A stretch of 64,000 bases of DNA from an uncultured Flavobacteriaceae bacterium (GCA_943789455.1 CALSUE010000008.1:11907-75906), one strand, 5' to 3'; counted from the first letter of the stretch, positions 38,670-49,404 are shown. Numbers and translations: made by a program. Notes: a model not told the origin generated them from the sequence alone.

Positions 38670-39674
38670 CTATTGGTTATCTATAGCTTCTTTAATTTTT
38701 CCTTCTAATTCTTCTGCTAAATCAGGGTTGTCTTTTATTAAAGACTTAACCGCATCTCTTCCTTGACCTAATTTAGTTTCACCATAACTAAACCAAGAAC
38801 CGCTTTTCTTTACAATCCCTAATTCAACACCAATATCAAGAACCTCTCCAACTTTGGAAATCCCTTCACCATACATAATATCAAATTCAGCAATTTGAAA
38901 AGGTGGTGCAACCTTATTCTTAACTACTTTAACTTTTGTTTGATTTCCAATGACTCTATCACCATCTTTTATTTGTGTTCTTCTTCTAATATCTAATCGA
39001 ACAGAGGCGTAAAACTTTAAGGCATTACCTCCGGTTGTTGTTTCTGGGTTCCCAAACATTACACCTATTTTTTCACGTAATTGATTGATAAAAATAACGG
39101 TACATTTAGTTTTACTAATTGTTCCTGTTAATTTACGTAGTGCTTGAGACATTAGACGCGCATGAAGTCCCATTTTTGAGTCTCCCATCTCTCCTTCAAT
39201 TTCAGACTTTGGAGTTAAAGCAGCTACTGAATCTATAACAACAATATCAATAGCTCCTGAGCGAATTAAATTATCTGCAATTTCTAACGCTTGCTCTCCG
39301 TGATCTGGCTGTGATATTATTAGATTATCAATATCTATACCAAGATTTGCGGCATAAAAACGATCAAAAGCGTGCTCAGCATCTATAAAAGCAGCAATAC
39401 CTCCTGCTTTTTGTGCTTCAGCAATTGCATGAAGAGTAAGTGTAGTCTTACCTGAAGATTCCGGACCATAAATTTCTATAACCCTCCCTCTTGGATATCC
39501 TCCAACACCGAGCGCTAAATCTAAACCCAAAGAACCAGACGAAATTGCTTCTACTTCTTCTACAACACTATCTCCCATTTTCATAACAGATCCTTTTCCA
39601 TAGGTTTTATCTAACTTATCTAAGGTTAACTGAAGGGCTTTAAGTTTTGCTTGTTTTTCTTTATCTGCTGCCAT
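38670..39674 (-). CDS. recA: Recombinase A
   Basis: [32 protein letters not shown]. Confidence 0.99.
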   Translation of the reverse strand: MAADKEKQAKLKALQLTLDKLDKTYGKGSVMKMGDSVVEEVEAISSGSLGLDLALGVGGYPRGRVIEIYGPESSGKTTLTLHAIAEAQKAGGIAAFIDAEHAFDRFYAANLGIDIDNLIISQPDHGEQALEIADNLIRSGAIDIVVIDSVAALTPKSEIEGEMGDSKMGLHARLMSQALRKLTGTISKTKCTVIFINQLREKIGVMFGNPETTTGGNALKFYASVRLDIRRRTQIKDGDRVIGNQTKVKVVKNKVAPPFQIAEFDIMYGEGISKVGEVLDIGVELGIVKKSGSWFSYGETKLGQGRDAVKSLIKDNPDLAEELEGKIKEAIDNQ

Positions 39675-39781
39675 AAATACTGATTATTTAATTTTTAAAA
39701 AGTACGACAAGGTACAAAATTTGATTAGCAATTATAAATGAAAAAAGATTATTTTTGGATGATTTTATAGCCTCTTTTTTT

Positions 39782-40348
39782 ATGGACATCCACCAACATT
39801 TTATTTTTCATAAACCTTACGGAACAATATCACAATTTGTAAATCCTCACAAAAGACAAAAAAAATTATTAGGAGCATTTTTTAATTTTCCTGATAAAAC
39901 AATGGCAATTGGTAGACTGGATGTAAACTCTGAAGGACTTCTTTTATTAACAACTAACGGTAAGGTAAGTGAAGAAATAAGAAGTAAAAAAGTAGAAAAA
40001 GAATATTATGTTCAACTAGATGGTTGTATTACACAAGAAGATATTAATATTTTAAAAAGTGGTGTAATTATTGGATTTAAAGGGGAGAAATATACGACTA
40101 AGCCCTGTAAATCTTCTTTAATACCTGTTCCAAATTTTAAAGATAGAACACAAAAAATTAGAGATGAAAGGCATGGGCCAACAAGCTGGATCTCTATTAC
40201 TTTAAAAGAAGGTAAATTTAGACAAGTAAGAAAAATGACAGCAGCTGTTGGTTTTCCTACATTACGATTAATAAGAATCAGAGTAGGATCTATTCTATTA
40301 AAAAATTTAAAACTTGGTGAAGTTAAAGAAGTACCTAGTTTCTTTTAA
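39782..40348 (+). CDS. rluE: rRNA pseudouridine synthase (RluE-like)
   Basis: GRLDVNSEGLLLLT, EGKFRQVRKMTAAVGFPTLRLIR. ATG 39782 preferred. Confidence 0.8.
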   Translation: MDIHQHFIFHKPYGTISQFVNPHKRQKKLLGAFFNFPDKTMAIGRLDVNSEGLLLLTTNGKVSEEIRSKKVEKEYYVQLDGCITQEDINILKSGVIIGFKGEKYTTKPCKSSLIPVPNFKDRTQKIRDERHGPTSWISITLKEGKFRQVRKMTAAVGFPTLRLIRIRVGSILLKNLKLGEVKEVPSFF

Positions 40349-40785
40349 GTTTTAAGCATTTTAATATGAGGAATACCGTCTTCTAAATATTCTTCTCCTA
40401 CTCGAATAAAGCCTAATGAATTATAAAATTTAGTAAGATATGATTGTGCAGAGATAAGAATAGTGTTTTGTTGGAAATTATTTTCTATAAATTGTATAGA
40501 ATTTACAACTAACTTATATCCATATTGAAATTTTCTAAATTCTTTTTTTACAACGATTCTTCCAATACTTGATTCTAAAAAATAATCACCGGGTTTAAAT
40601 ATTCTTGCATATGCTACTATTTTAGTATCTAAAACACCTAACACATGATACGCATCTAAGTCTTTATTATCAAGATCTTGATAAACACAATCTTGCTCTA
40701 CTACAAAAACTTCAGCTCTAAGTTGTAAGATGACATACAACTCCTGGATTGATAATTCATTAAACCTTTTAATAGTAAAGATCAT
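40345..40785 (-). CDS. elaA: ElaA-like GNAT acetyltransferase
   Basis: LRAEVFVVEQDCVYQDLD, ISAQSYL, EDGIPHIKM. Confidence 0.88.
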   Translation of the reverse strand: MIFTIKRFNELSIQELYVILQLRAEVFVVEQDCVYQDLDNKDLDAYHVLGVLDTKIVAYARIFKPGDYFLESSIGRIVVKKEFRKFQYGYKLVVNSIQFIENNFQQNTILISAQSYLTKFYNSLGFIRVGEEYLEDGIPHIKMLKT

Positions 40786-40787
40786 AT

Positions 40788-41219
40788 TTAACAAGCTGGT
40801 ATTTTATTAACCCTATTTTGATGTCTTCCTCCTTCAAAATCTGTTTCTAAAAATGTTTCTACCATTTTTAATGCTTGAGGAATTGATGTATATCTTGCTG
40901 GGATACATAAAATATTAGCATTATTATGTTGTCTAATTAAGGCCACAATTTCTTTAGACCAACATAAACCTGCTCTTACTTCTTTGTATTTATTTGCGGT
41001 CATAGCAACACCATTAGCGCTCCCACATAATAATATTCCATAGTGTGCTTTATTTAAAACAACATCTTTTGCTACCGGATGTACAAAATCTGGATAATCT
41101 ACACTATCGTGAGAATCAGTACCATAATTTTTAACAACTATACCTTTCGATTCTAACAATTTAATAATCTCAAATTTATATGCTGTAGCAGCATGATCAT
41201 TCCCTATAGAAATATTCAT
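40788..41219 (-). CDS. rpiB: Ribose-5-phosphate isomerase B
   Basis: GNDHA, DYPDF, CGSANG, HNNAN, FEGGRH. Confidence 0.96.
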   Translation of the reverse strand: MNISIGNDHAATAYKFEIIKLLESKGIVVKNYGTDSHDSVDYPDFVHPVAKDVVLNKAHYGILLCGSANGVAMTANKYKEVRAGLCWSKEIVALIRQHNNANILCIPARYTSIPQALKMVETFLETDFEGGRHQNRVNKIPAC

Positions 41220-41747
41220 AATAAGTTGGTTTTTATGCTTTTAATAGCAACAAAAATACAAATACATATGGTTATCAACAGGTTTAAAAAGTAATTTTAT
41301 ATTTTAATTAATAACTACTTATTTATTAGTTAGTTAACATCATTTTTATAATTGTTTAAAAGTATAGGTAAGTTTTAAAAAATAGATTTGATTTATCCAT
41401 TTTTATTTACAATACATATTCATTTATCACATACACAATAAAAACTATTATTTTTTAATTACTTCTTATAAACATTATTTACCTATAATTTTTATACTTA
41501 TTAACTTTTATTTAATTAAAAAAAAGCTGTTTATAGTTGTTTATAAGTAGTGTTAATAAATAGTATTTTTCTTTATTTTAAAGGAAAAAATATATAATAA
41601 AATGTGTATTATTTTTAATAAATAACAAATCAAAAAAAAAAACAAGTTTTCTCTATTAACTATTCACATGCTATTATAACTAACAAATGTTTTAATTTTA
41701 AATTAAAAAAAAAGTAATTATAATATAGATTGTTAATAAAGTTATCT
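41220..41747. other. Candidate replication origin (oriC)
   Basis: 528-bp non-coding gap with very few G/C bases. DnaA-box-like nonamers: TTATCAACA 41272, TTATAAACA 41466, TTATTAACT 41498, CTATTCACA 41660; on the minus strand CTATAAACA 41528, TTATAAACA 41538, TTATTAACA 41551 and 41731. parS sites lie about 12 kb away. Confidence 0.7.
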
Positions 41748-42677
41748 TCAATTAATTACAAATTGAATTGCTTCTTGAAAAATAGTTACTTTTAAAGAAC
41801 CATACCCTATTATTTCACCATCTGCTTCAATAATTGATTCACAATTATTTGTAATTGTTATTTCTTTAGTTTTATAAGTAACTACTTTTTTATGATATAC
41901 AATGTTTCCATTATATAATTTAGGAAGATTAAAAAGTAAATCTAGAATTGAAAAATTTTTAACAATAGTAATATCTAGTAAACCATCTATTGGATTTGGT
42001 TTTTTTGTAATTCTTAAACCTCCTCCTGAATATTTACAGATTCCAAATACAATCATTAAACATTGCTCATGAATTGTTTCTGATTTACTAGTAATACTGT
42101 ATTTTTTTGTATTGTAAGAGAATAAACTATATAATCCACTTAATAAAAATGCTATAGATCCTACCTTTTTTAAATACTTTAAGTTTTTAACAACATAACC
42201 GTCGTATCCTATTCCTGCTAGATTATTAAAATATTCTTTCTTTCCATTTAATAATGTTATACAGCCTATATCTTGTAAAATTGTAGTATTTTTTTTAATT
42301 ATTTCAATTGATTTTTCAATAGAATTAGGAATATTATATGTTTTTATCCAATCATTACCTGTGCCTATCGGAATTATACCAAGTTTAATTTTAGATGTTT
42401 TTATATATTTTTGCATCATTATTCCGTTTACAATATGATGTAAAGTTCCATCACCTCCAACAGAAATAATATTTCTATACCCTTTTTTTATACCCTCTTT
42501 AGTAAGTATAACTTCATGTTTCGTATATTCAGTAAAAGCATAAGAATATTGAATATTATTTAATTTTAGTAAATATTGAATTTTATTCCACGATTTTTTA
42601 AAATTCTTATTTCCAGCGAAAGGGTTAATAATTAAATACCATTTATGTATCTCAACAGGTTGGTTCAAATCATACAT
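41748..42677 (-). CDS. Diacylglycerol/lipid kinase (YegS/DAGK family)
   Basis: NPFAG, GGDGTLH, PIGTGNDW, EADGE. Confidence 0.93.
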   Translation of the reverse strand: MYDLNQPVEIHKWYLIINPFAGNKNFKKSWNKIQYLLKLNNIQYSYAFTEYTKHEVILTKEGIKKGYRNIISVGGDGTLHHIVNGIMMQKYIKTSKIKLGIIPIGTGNDWIKTYNIPNSIEKSIEIIKKNTTILQDIGCITLLNGKKEYFNNLAGIGYDGYVVKNLKYLKKVGSIAFLLSGLYSLFSYNTKKYSITSKSETIHEQCLMIVFGICKYSGGGLRITKKPNPIDGLLDITIVKNFSILDLLFNLPKLYNGNIVYHKKVVTYKTKEITITNNCESIIEADGEIIGYGSLKVTIFQEAIQFVIN

Positions 42678-42753
42678 AAAAATTAAATTAATAAGCTATT
42701 AAAATGATAAAAAATAAGTACTTTACTAAATATAATAAAATAAAGAAAGTAGT

Positions 42754-44949
42754 ATGAGTAGAAAGAAAAAAATCTACAAGAAGAAAGGTAGTGTTATTAA
42801 AAATTTAACAAGAGATATTTTTAAAATATTTAATAATGATAGCTCTAAATATTATAATTATAAACAAATCGCTAGTAAACTAGGAGTTACAAATCCAGAT
42901 GGTAAAACACAGATACTTAAAAAACTAGCCGAATTAAAAGAAACAAAAAAAATAAAGGAAGTTGATAGAGGAAAATATCAAATTATTATCGATAAAAAAT
43001 ATCACATTGGTACTTTAGATATTACTTCAAATGGTAATGGATATTTTATATCAGATGATTTTGAAAAAGATATTTTTATTCCTTCTAATAATTTAGGAAA
43101 AGGCTTACAGAATGATACAGTAAAAGCTTATGTATATAAAAGAAATCGTAGCAATAAACTAGAGGCAGACATCATAGAAATTATAGAAAGAGATAAAACT
43201 ACTTTTGTAGGTGTACTTCAAATGAGTAAAAACTTTGGTTTTGTATTATGTGATAATCAAAAAATGTATGCAGATATTTTTATTTCTAAAGCAAGAGTAA
43301 ATGGTGCTGAACACGGAGATAAAGTTCAAGTAAATATAACCGATTGGCCAGAAAACTCAAAAAATCCTTTTGGTAAAATAACACAAGTTTTAGGTAAGCC
43401 AGGAGATCATAATACTGAAATACATTCTATTTTATTAGAATATGGTTTACCTTATAAATTTGATCAAGAAGTTGAAAAAGATGCAGGTAGTTTGTCATTA
43501 GAAATTACAAAAGAAGAGATTTCTAAAAGAAGAGATATGCGGGCGGATTTAACCTTTACAATTGATCCTAAAGATGCTAAAGATTTTGATGATGCTTTAT
43601 CTTTTACGAAGTTAGAAAACGGAAATTATGAAATAGGTATTCATATTGCTGATGTTTCTCATTATGTTCAACCAAATACTATTTTAGATAAAGAAGCATA
43701 TAATAGAGCAACATCTGTATATTTAGTAGATAGAGTTGTTCCTATGTTACCTGAAATCTTATCTAATGGTGCATGTTCTTTGAGACCTAATGAAGAAAAA
43801 CTAACTTTTTCAGCTGTTTTTGAGATTAATGAAAATGCTCAGATTTTAAATGAATGGTTTGGAAGAACGGTTACTTATTCTGATAAACGATTTGCTTATG
43901 AAGAAGCACAGGTTATTATAGAAACAGAGAAAAATTTTATACCTGACAATACTTCTATAACAAATGAATCTTATTATGTTCCTGATACTATAGTTGAAGC
44001 TACACTAAAGTTGAATGCATTAGCAAAAATTCTTAGAAAGAAAAGGATGAAAGAAGGGGCAATATCTTTTGATAGAGTTGAGGTTAAGTTTAATTTAGAT
44101 GAGAATGCAAATCCAACAGGTGTATTTTTTAAAGAATCAAAAGACGCTAATAAGTTAATAGAAGAGTTTATGCTATTAGCAAATAGAAAAGTTGCTGAAT
44201 TTATAGGTAAAGAAAAAAGTAAACCAACCAATAAAACTTTTATATATAGAGTTCATGATGAGCCAGACATAGAAAAACTAGCAGCTTTACAAAATATAGT
44301 TTATAATTTTGGTTATAAGATGAACACACTTACTAGAGAGAGTACAACAGAAAGTTTAAATAAATTATTAAATGATGTTCATGGTAAGCCAGAGTCTAAT
44401 ATGATAGAAACCTTAGCAATTAGAACAATGAGTAAAGCTGTTTATACAACCAATAATATTGGTCATTATGGATTAGCTTTTGATTATTATTCTCATTTTA
44501 CATCTCCAATTCGTCGTTATCCAGATGTTATGACACATCGTTTATTACAGTATTATTTAGAGGGAGGTAAATCTCCAAATCAAGATGATTATGAAACTAA
44601 ATGTAAACACTCATCTAAACAAGAGGAATTAGCATCTAAAGCTGAAAGACAGTCTATAAAGTATATGCAAGTAAAATATATGCAAGATCATAAAGATGAA
44701 GAATTTTCTGGAGTTATATCAGGTGTTACAGAATGGGGAATTTATGTTGAAATTACTTCAAATAAATGTGAAGGTATGGTAAGAATAAGAGATATAAAAA
44801 GTGATTATTATATTTTCGATGAAAAACAATTTGCTATTATTGGTCAATCTACTAAGCACGTCTATCAGTTAGGAGATTTTGTTACGGTAAAAGTTAAACA
44901 TACAGATTTAGAAAGAAAACATTTAGATTTTACTCTTATAGAGCAATAG
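42754..44949 (+). CDS. rnr: Ribonuclease R
   Basis: TIDPKDAKDFDDA, HFTSPIRRYPD, C-terminal S1 domain. Confidence 0.97.
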   Translation: MSRKKKIYKKKGSVIKNLTRDIFKIFNNDSSKYYNYKQIASKLGVTNPDGKTQILKKLAELKETKKIKEVDRGKYQIIIDKKYHIGTLDITSNGNGYFISDDFEKDIFIPSNNLGKGLQNDTVKAYVYKRNRSNKLEADIIEIIERDKTTFVGVLQMSKNFGFVLCDNQKMYADIFISKARVNGAEHGDKVQVNITDWPENSKNPFGKITQVLGKPGDHNTEIHSILLEYGLPYKFDQEVEKDAGSLSLEITKEEISKRRDMRADLTFTIDPKDAKDFDDALSFTKLENGNYEIGIHIADVSHYVQPNTILDKEAYNRATSVYLVDRVVPMLPEILSNGACSLRPNEEKLTFSAVFEINENAQILNEWFGRTVTYSDKRFAYEEAQVIIETEKNFIPDNTSITNESYYVPDTIVEATLKLNALAKILRKKRMKEGAISFDRVEVKFNLDENANPTGVFFKESKDANKLIEEFMLLANRKVAEFIGKEKSKPTNKTFIYRVHDEPDIEKLAALQNIVYNFGYKMNTLTRESTTESLNKLLNDVHGKPESNMIETLAIRTMSKAVYTTNNIGHYGLAFDYYSHFTSPIRRYPDVMTHRLLQYYLEGGKSPNQDDYETKCKHSSKQEELASKAERQSIKYMQVKYMQDHKDEEFSGVISGVTEWGIYVEITSNKCEGMVRIRDIKSDYYIFDEKQFAIIGQSTKHVYQLGDFVTVKVKHTDLERKHLDFTLIEQ

Positions 44950-45023
44950 AATTATTTTTTTTTAGTTATTTAATTAAGTAAAATTTTTAAAAATTGTAAT
45001 AATTTATATCTTGTAGCTAAAAA

Positions 45024-45701
45024 ATGAAAAATAGTATAATTACATTTCTTTTAATTACGAGCATTTCTTCGTTTTCTCAAAAAATCATCACAAAAAAAAT
45101 AGAAGATTTTTATAAAATTAAAGTTTACAATGGAATACGCCTTGAATTACTTCAATCTAATGAAAGTAAATTAGAAATTTCAGGAGACAAAGCAGATAAA
45201 ATTAAAATTAAGAATACAGAGGGTATCTTAAGAATTAGTTTGCGTTTTCCTGAGTTACTAGCGGGCGATAAAGTTAATGTTAAGTTGTTTTACAATAAAG
45301 ACATTCAAACTATAGATGGAAATGAGGGTTCAAAAATAATAGGAAAAGCAATTAATCAAACACATTTAGAGGTAAAGGCTCAAGAAGGAGCCTCTATAAA
45401 GTTAGATATTAAAACAAAACACTTAAAAGTTAAATCAGTAACGGGTGGTGTTATAGATCTTACGGGTACATCAAAAAATCAAGATATTGAACTTGATTTA
45501 TATGGGGTATATCATGGATACAATCTTTTTACTTCAAACAGTAGTACAGTAAAAGCGGGAACAGGTTCAAAAGCAGAGGTCTATGCTGGTGAAACCTTAT
45601 TCGCGAAAGTTAGCTTCGGTGGCTCAATTCTATATAAAGGAAAGCCAGAAGTTATCAAAAATAAAAAGATGGCAGGAGGAATTATAAAACAAATGAATTA
45701 A
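45024..45701 (+). CDS. Head GIN domain / DUF2807 beta-helix protein, secreted
   Basis: Signal peptide; repeated GS/GA beta-solenoid segments ending ILYKGKP. Confidence 0.75.
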   Translation: MKNSIITFLLITSISSFSQKIITKKIEDFYKIKVYNGIRLELLQSNESKLEISGDKADKIKIKNTEGILRISLRFPELLAGDKVNVKLFYNKDIQTIDGNEGSKIIGKAINQTHLEVKAQEGASIKLDIKTKHLKVKSVTGGVIDLTGTSKNQDIELDLYGVYHGYNLFTSNSSTVKAGTGSKAEVYAGETLFAKVSFGGSILYKGKPEVIKNKKMAGGIIKQMN

Positions 45702-45719
45702 TTCATTGAAACGTTTTTG

Positions 45720-45727
45720 TATATTTG
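45720..45727 (+). promoter_or_regulatory. -7 promoter box for tatA
   Basis: TATATTTG. Confidence 0.6.
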
Positions 45728-45746
45728 TATATCAAAATTTAAATAA

Positions 45747-45941
45747 ATGACTTTAAATATTTTTTTATTAGGAATGCCAAGCCCTCTTTCTATGGCTCTT
45801 ATTGTTGGGGCATTATTACTTTTATTTGGAGGAAAAAAAATACCTGAATTAATGAAAGGTATTGGTGGCGGTATTAAAGAGTTTAAAAAAGCTTCAAAGG
45901 ACGATAAAAAGAACGAAGAAAAAATAGAAGAAAAGAAATAA
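45747..45941 (+). CDS. tatA: Twin-arginine translocase TatA
   Basis: [26 protein letters not shown]. Confidence 0.93.
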   Translation: MTLNIFLLGMPSPLSMALIVGALLLLFGGKKIPELMKGIGGGIKEFKKASKDDKKNEEKIEEKK

Positions 45942-45946
45942 AATAT

Positions 45947-45981
45947 AAAAAAAACCTAAGTTATTTACTTAGGTTTTTTTT
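45947..45981. terminator. Bidirectional terminator between tatA and the YbjQ gene
   Basis: A8-CCTAAG-7nt-CTTAGG-T8. Confidence 0.85.
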
Positions 45982-46297
45982 ATAGCTTTACTGCAGTTCC
46001 AGAAGCAGTTACCATTAACATTCCTCCTCTATTACCAACAGTTTCGTAATCTAAATCAATACCTATAACAGCATCTGCATTTAACTTCTCGGCATTTTCT
46101 GTCATCTCTTTTAAAGCAGTGTTTTTTGCCTCTCTAAGAACTTTTTCATAAGAACTTGATCGCCCTCCAACAATATCTCTTATACTTGCAAACACATCTT
46201 TAACAATATTAGCACCTATAATTGTTTCACCAGTAACAATTCCTAAATAGTCTTTTACAGGTTTACCATCAACATTGTTTGTTGTAGATAATATCAT
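45980..46297 (-). CDS. ybjQ: YbjQ / UPF0145 family protein
   Basis: [34 protein letters not shown]. Confidence 0.9.
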   Translation of the reverse strand: MILSTTNNVDGKPVKDYLGIVTGETIIGANIVKDVFASIRDIVGGRSSSYEKVLREAKNTALKEMTENAEKLNADAVIGIDLDYETVGNRGGMLMVTASGTAVKL

Positions 46298-47221
46298 TTA
46301 TTTATCTAATTTTTTCTTATTGTTTTTCATTGCTTCACCAATTTGATTACTCGCTGTAAAACTAGCAACCATATCATTTAACATTTGACTTCCTGCTTGA
46401 GGAGAGTTGGGTAGAAGTATTAAGTTACTATTAGTTTCTTGACCAATAGATTGAAGCGTATCATAATGTTGTGTTACTACAATTAAAGCTGAGGCTTCTT
46501 GTGAGTTGATTCCTACTTTATTTAGTACCTCAACAGACTCTTCTAACCCTCTAGCGATCTCTCTTCTCTGGTCTGCTATACCTTGCCCTTGAAGTCTTTT
46601 ACTTTCTGCTTCTGCCTTTGCTTTTTCAACAATTAAAATACGAGCAGCATCTCCTTCATATTGTGCTGCTGTTTTTTCTCTGTCTGCAGCATTAATTCTA
46701 TTCATAGCCGCTTTAACTTGTGCATCAGGGTCTATATCTGTTACTAGTGTTTTTATAATATCGTATCCGTACTCAACCATTGCATCATTTAGCTCTGCCT
46801 TTACAGCAATAGCTACGTCGTCTTTTTTTACAAATACATCGTCTAATTTCATTTTAGGAACTTCAGCTCTAACCACATCAAAAACGTAAGATGTTATTTG
46901 ATCATGAGGATAATCTAACTTATAGAAAGCATCACTTACTTTGTCTTTAATCACCTTAAATTGAACAGAAACTTTAAGTTTCACAAAAACATTATCAAGT
47001 GTTTTTGTTTCAATAATAACATCAAGTTGTTGAATTTTTAAACTTAATCTTCCTGAAATTCTTTGAACAATAGGAATTTTTACTTGTAAACCAGACTGTT
47101 TAACACTACTAAAGCGACCAAAAGTCTCAATAATAGCAGCAGTTTGTTGTTTTACAATAAAGAAAGCTCCATAAATTAGAATAAAAATTAATCCTAAAAC
47201 AATTGGTAGAAATAAGTTCAT
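46298..47221 (-). CDS. SPFH / band-7 membrane protein
   Basis: N-terminal TM, ETKTLDNVFV, AESKRLQGQGIA coiled coil. Confidence 0.92.
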   Translation of the reverse strand: MNLFLPIVLGLIFILIYGAFFIVKQQTAAIIETFGRFSSVKQSGLQVKIPIVQRISGRLSLKIQQLDVIIETKTLDNVFVKLKVSVQFKVIKDKVSDAFYKLDYPHDQITSYVFDVVRAEVPKMKLDDVFVKKDDVAIAVKAELNDAMVEYGYDIIKTLVTDIDPDAQVKAAMNRINAADREKTAAQYEGDAARILIVEKAKAEAESKRLQGQGIADQRREIARGLEESVEVLNKVGINSQEASALIVVTQHYDTLQSIGQETNSNLILLPNSPQAGSQMLNDMVASFTASNQIGEAMKNNKKKLDK

Positions 47222-47310
47222 AATTTTTTTTTAATAGTTAATAAAATAAATAAACACTGAGTTTAGTTTGTAATAATATGACGTAAAAACCTGTAAAATG
47301 TTACAACAGT

Positions 47311-47850
47311 TTACTTTCTCTTAAGGTTTTCCTTATACTTTACCCACTTTTTTTGTTGTTTTTCTGATAAGAATTCTTTTAAATCAAGATCTAATTTTTT
47401 CTCTTTATCCTCAATAACCTTTATAATAGGTTTGAAAGACTCTGTAACTTCTTTATTCGCTTTTTGAAGCGCGCTGTAATCTCTACTTTTAATCGTTTCT
47501 TTTTGAGCAGCCTCCATTTTAGATTTTCCCTCAGAAAATAAAAACGTATTGATTCTTTTAATTTGCTTTAATTCCTTGTTAAATAAATTAAAAATAGAAG
47601 TTATTTTTATAAACGCGTCAGATGATTTTTTAACGCCTATTTTTTTACTCACTTTTTCTGTATTGTAAAAAACTAAACCAACAGCTTTTTCAACATCAAT
47701 TTCAGGAACTCTTGACTGTTGCGCAGCCCTTGGTTGTCTTGGCTGCATGCTTTGCCTTCTATTGTATTGAGACCCGTAACGAGACCCGTATTGAGCTTCA
47801 GCAGTGATTGAAAATAATAGAACTACAATTAAAAGTGTTTTTTTGATCAT
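47311..47850 (-). CDS. Secreted hypothetical protein with an R/Q-rich N-terminus
   Basis: Signal peptide ending AEA-Q; helical C-terminus; overlaps the gltX stop. Confidence 0.7.
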   Translation of the reverse strand: MIKKTLLIVVLLFSITAEAQYGSRYGSQYNRRQSMQPRQPRAAQQSRVPEIDVEKAVGLVFYNTEKVSKKIGVKKSSDAFIKITSIFNLFNKELKQIKRINTFLFSEGKSKMEAAQKETIKSRDYSALQKANKEVTESFKPIIKVIEDKEKKLDLDLKEFLSEKQQKKWVKYKENLKRK

Positions 47851-49376
47851 GATATTTTTTTTATAATTGTTTTCATGCGTAAAATAGCCTCCTCTTTACC
47901 AATCATATGAATGATATCAAATAAATGAGGTCCTTTCATTTCACCAACAATAGCCAACCTAAGAGGTTGCATAACTTTACCGAACCCAATTTCTTTTGAA
48001 GAAATCCATTTTTTTGTTCTCTTTTCAACAGCTTCTGAGGAGAAATCATCTATTGACTTAAGGATTATTATTAATTCATTTATTAAGGCGCTAGTACCCT
48101 CTTTCCATTGCTTTTTCACTGCTTTTTCGTTATACTCTTCAGGGCGTTCAAAGAAATAACTACTTAACCCCCAAAAATCTTTTACAAACACAGCTCTTTC
48201 TTTTATTAACGAAACTACACTTTTTATGTAATCTATTGATGGTAAACGTTGTATGTTTTTGGTTTTTAGCACGGTTAGGTATAATTCCGCCAATTGTTTA
48301 TCCGTCTTTTTTTGGAGATATTGTTGATTAAACCATTTTGTTTTATCTAGGCTAAATTTTGCACCTGACTTACTTACTCTTGAAAGATCGAAAGAAGAAA
48401 TTAAGCCCTCTAGGGTAAAAAGCTCTTGTTCTGTTCCGGGATTCCATCCTAATAATGAAAGCATGTTTATCAAAGCATCAGGAAAATAACCACTTTCTCT
48501 GTAACCAGTAGAAACTTCCCCTGTTTCTTCGTTTGTATATTCTAAAGGAAACACAGGAAAGCCTAATTTATCTCCATCTCTTTTACTAAGTTTTCCTTTA
48601 CCTTCAGGTTTTAATATAAGAGGAAGATGGGCAAACTTTGGTGTTTCCCAGCCAAAAGCATTATATAACAAAACATGTAATGGCATTGATGGCAACCATT
48701 CTTCACCACGAATTACATGACTAATTTTCATAAGGTGATCATCCACAATATTTGCCAAATGGTACGTTGGCATCCCATCTGATTTAAAAAGAACCTTATC
48801 GTCAAGCGTATTTGAGTCTATAGTAATAACGCCTCTAATTTCATCATTTAACACTAATGTTTCATCTTGAGGGGATTTGAAACGAATTACATAATTGCTA
48901 CCCTCTTCTATCTTTTTTTTAGTTTCTTCTTTTGTTAAAACCAAAGAGTTTTTTAATCTACCCTTCTCCCTATTGTGCCAGTTATAAATAAAAGTTTTAC
49001 CAGCGGCTTCGTGTTGTTTTCTGTGAGTGTTTAATTCTTCAGAGGTGTCAAAAGCATAATATGCTTTCTCTTTTTCAATTAAAATATCTACATATTGTTT
49101 GTATAATTCTTTTCTTACAGATTGTCTGTAGGGTCCAAACTTTTCATTTTTACCAGGACCTTCGTCAAAAGGAATATTACACCAGTCCAAGGCATTGGTT
49201 ATATATTCTTCAGCATTGCTAACATATCTAGATTGGTCAGTATCTTCTATTCTTAAAATAAAAACACCATTGTTTCTTTTCGCAAATAAATAATTATATA
49301 GAGCGGTTCTTAGCCCACCAATATGGAGAGGGCCTGTTGGACTTGGGGCAAAACGAACACGAATATTAGACTTCAT
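47847..49376 (-). CDS. gltX: Glutamyl-tRNA synthetase
   Basis: RFAPSPTGPLHIGG, RGEEW, KLSKR. Confidence 0.98.
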   Translation of the reverse strand: MKSNIRVRFAPSPTGPLHIGGLRTALYNYLFAKRNNGVFILRIEDTDQSRYVSNAEEYITNALDWCNIPFDEGPGKNEKFGPYRQSVRKELYKQYVDILIEKEKAYYAFDTSEELNTHRKQHEAAGKTFIYNWHNREKGRLKNSLVLTKEETKKKIEEGSNYVIRFKSPQDETLVLNDEIRGVITIDSNTLDDKVLFKSDGMPTYHLANIVDDHLMKISHVIRGEEWLPSMPLHVLLYNAFGWETPKFAHLPLILKPEGKGKLSKRDGDKLGFPVFPLEYTNEETGEVSTGYRESGYFPDALINMLSLLGWNPGTEQELFTLEGLISSFDLSRVSKSGAKFSLDKTKWFNQQYLQKKTDKQLAELYLTVLKTKNIQRLPSIDYIKSVVSLIKERAVFVKDFWGLSSYFFERPEEYNEKAVKKQWKEGTSALINELIIILKSIDDFSSEAVEKRTKKWISSKEIGFGKVMQPLRLAIVGEMKGPHLFDIIHMIGKEEAILRMKTIIKKIS

Positions 49377-49396
49377 TAACATATATATTTAAAGCA

Positions 49397-49404
49397 CAAA
49401 TATA
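49397..49404 (-). promoter_or_regulatory. -7 promoter box for gltX
   Basis: TATATTTG. Confidence 0.65.

Noticed and set aside
41220-41747. Possible CRISPR array, ncRNA or small ORFs in the AT-rich gap
   Set aside because: No regularly spaced repeats, no GC-rich stems and no credible ORF. Degenerate nonamers fit an origin better.
47769-47790. GAGACCCGTA direct repeat
   Set aside because: It simply encodes the YGSR-YGSQ peptide duplication.
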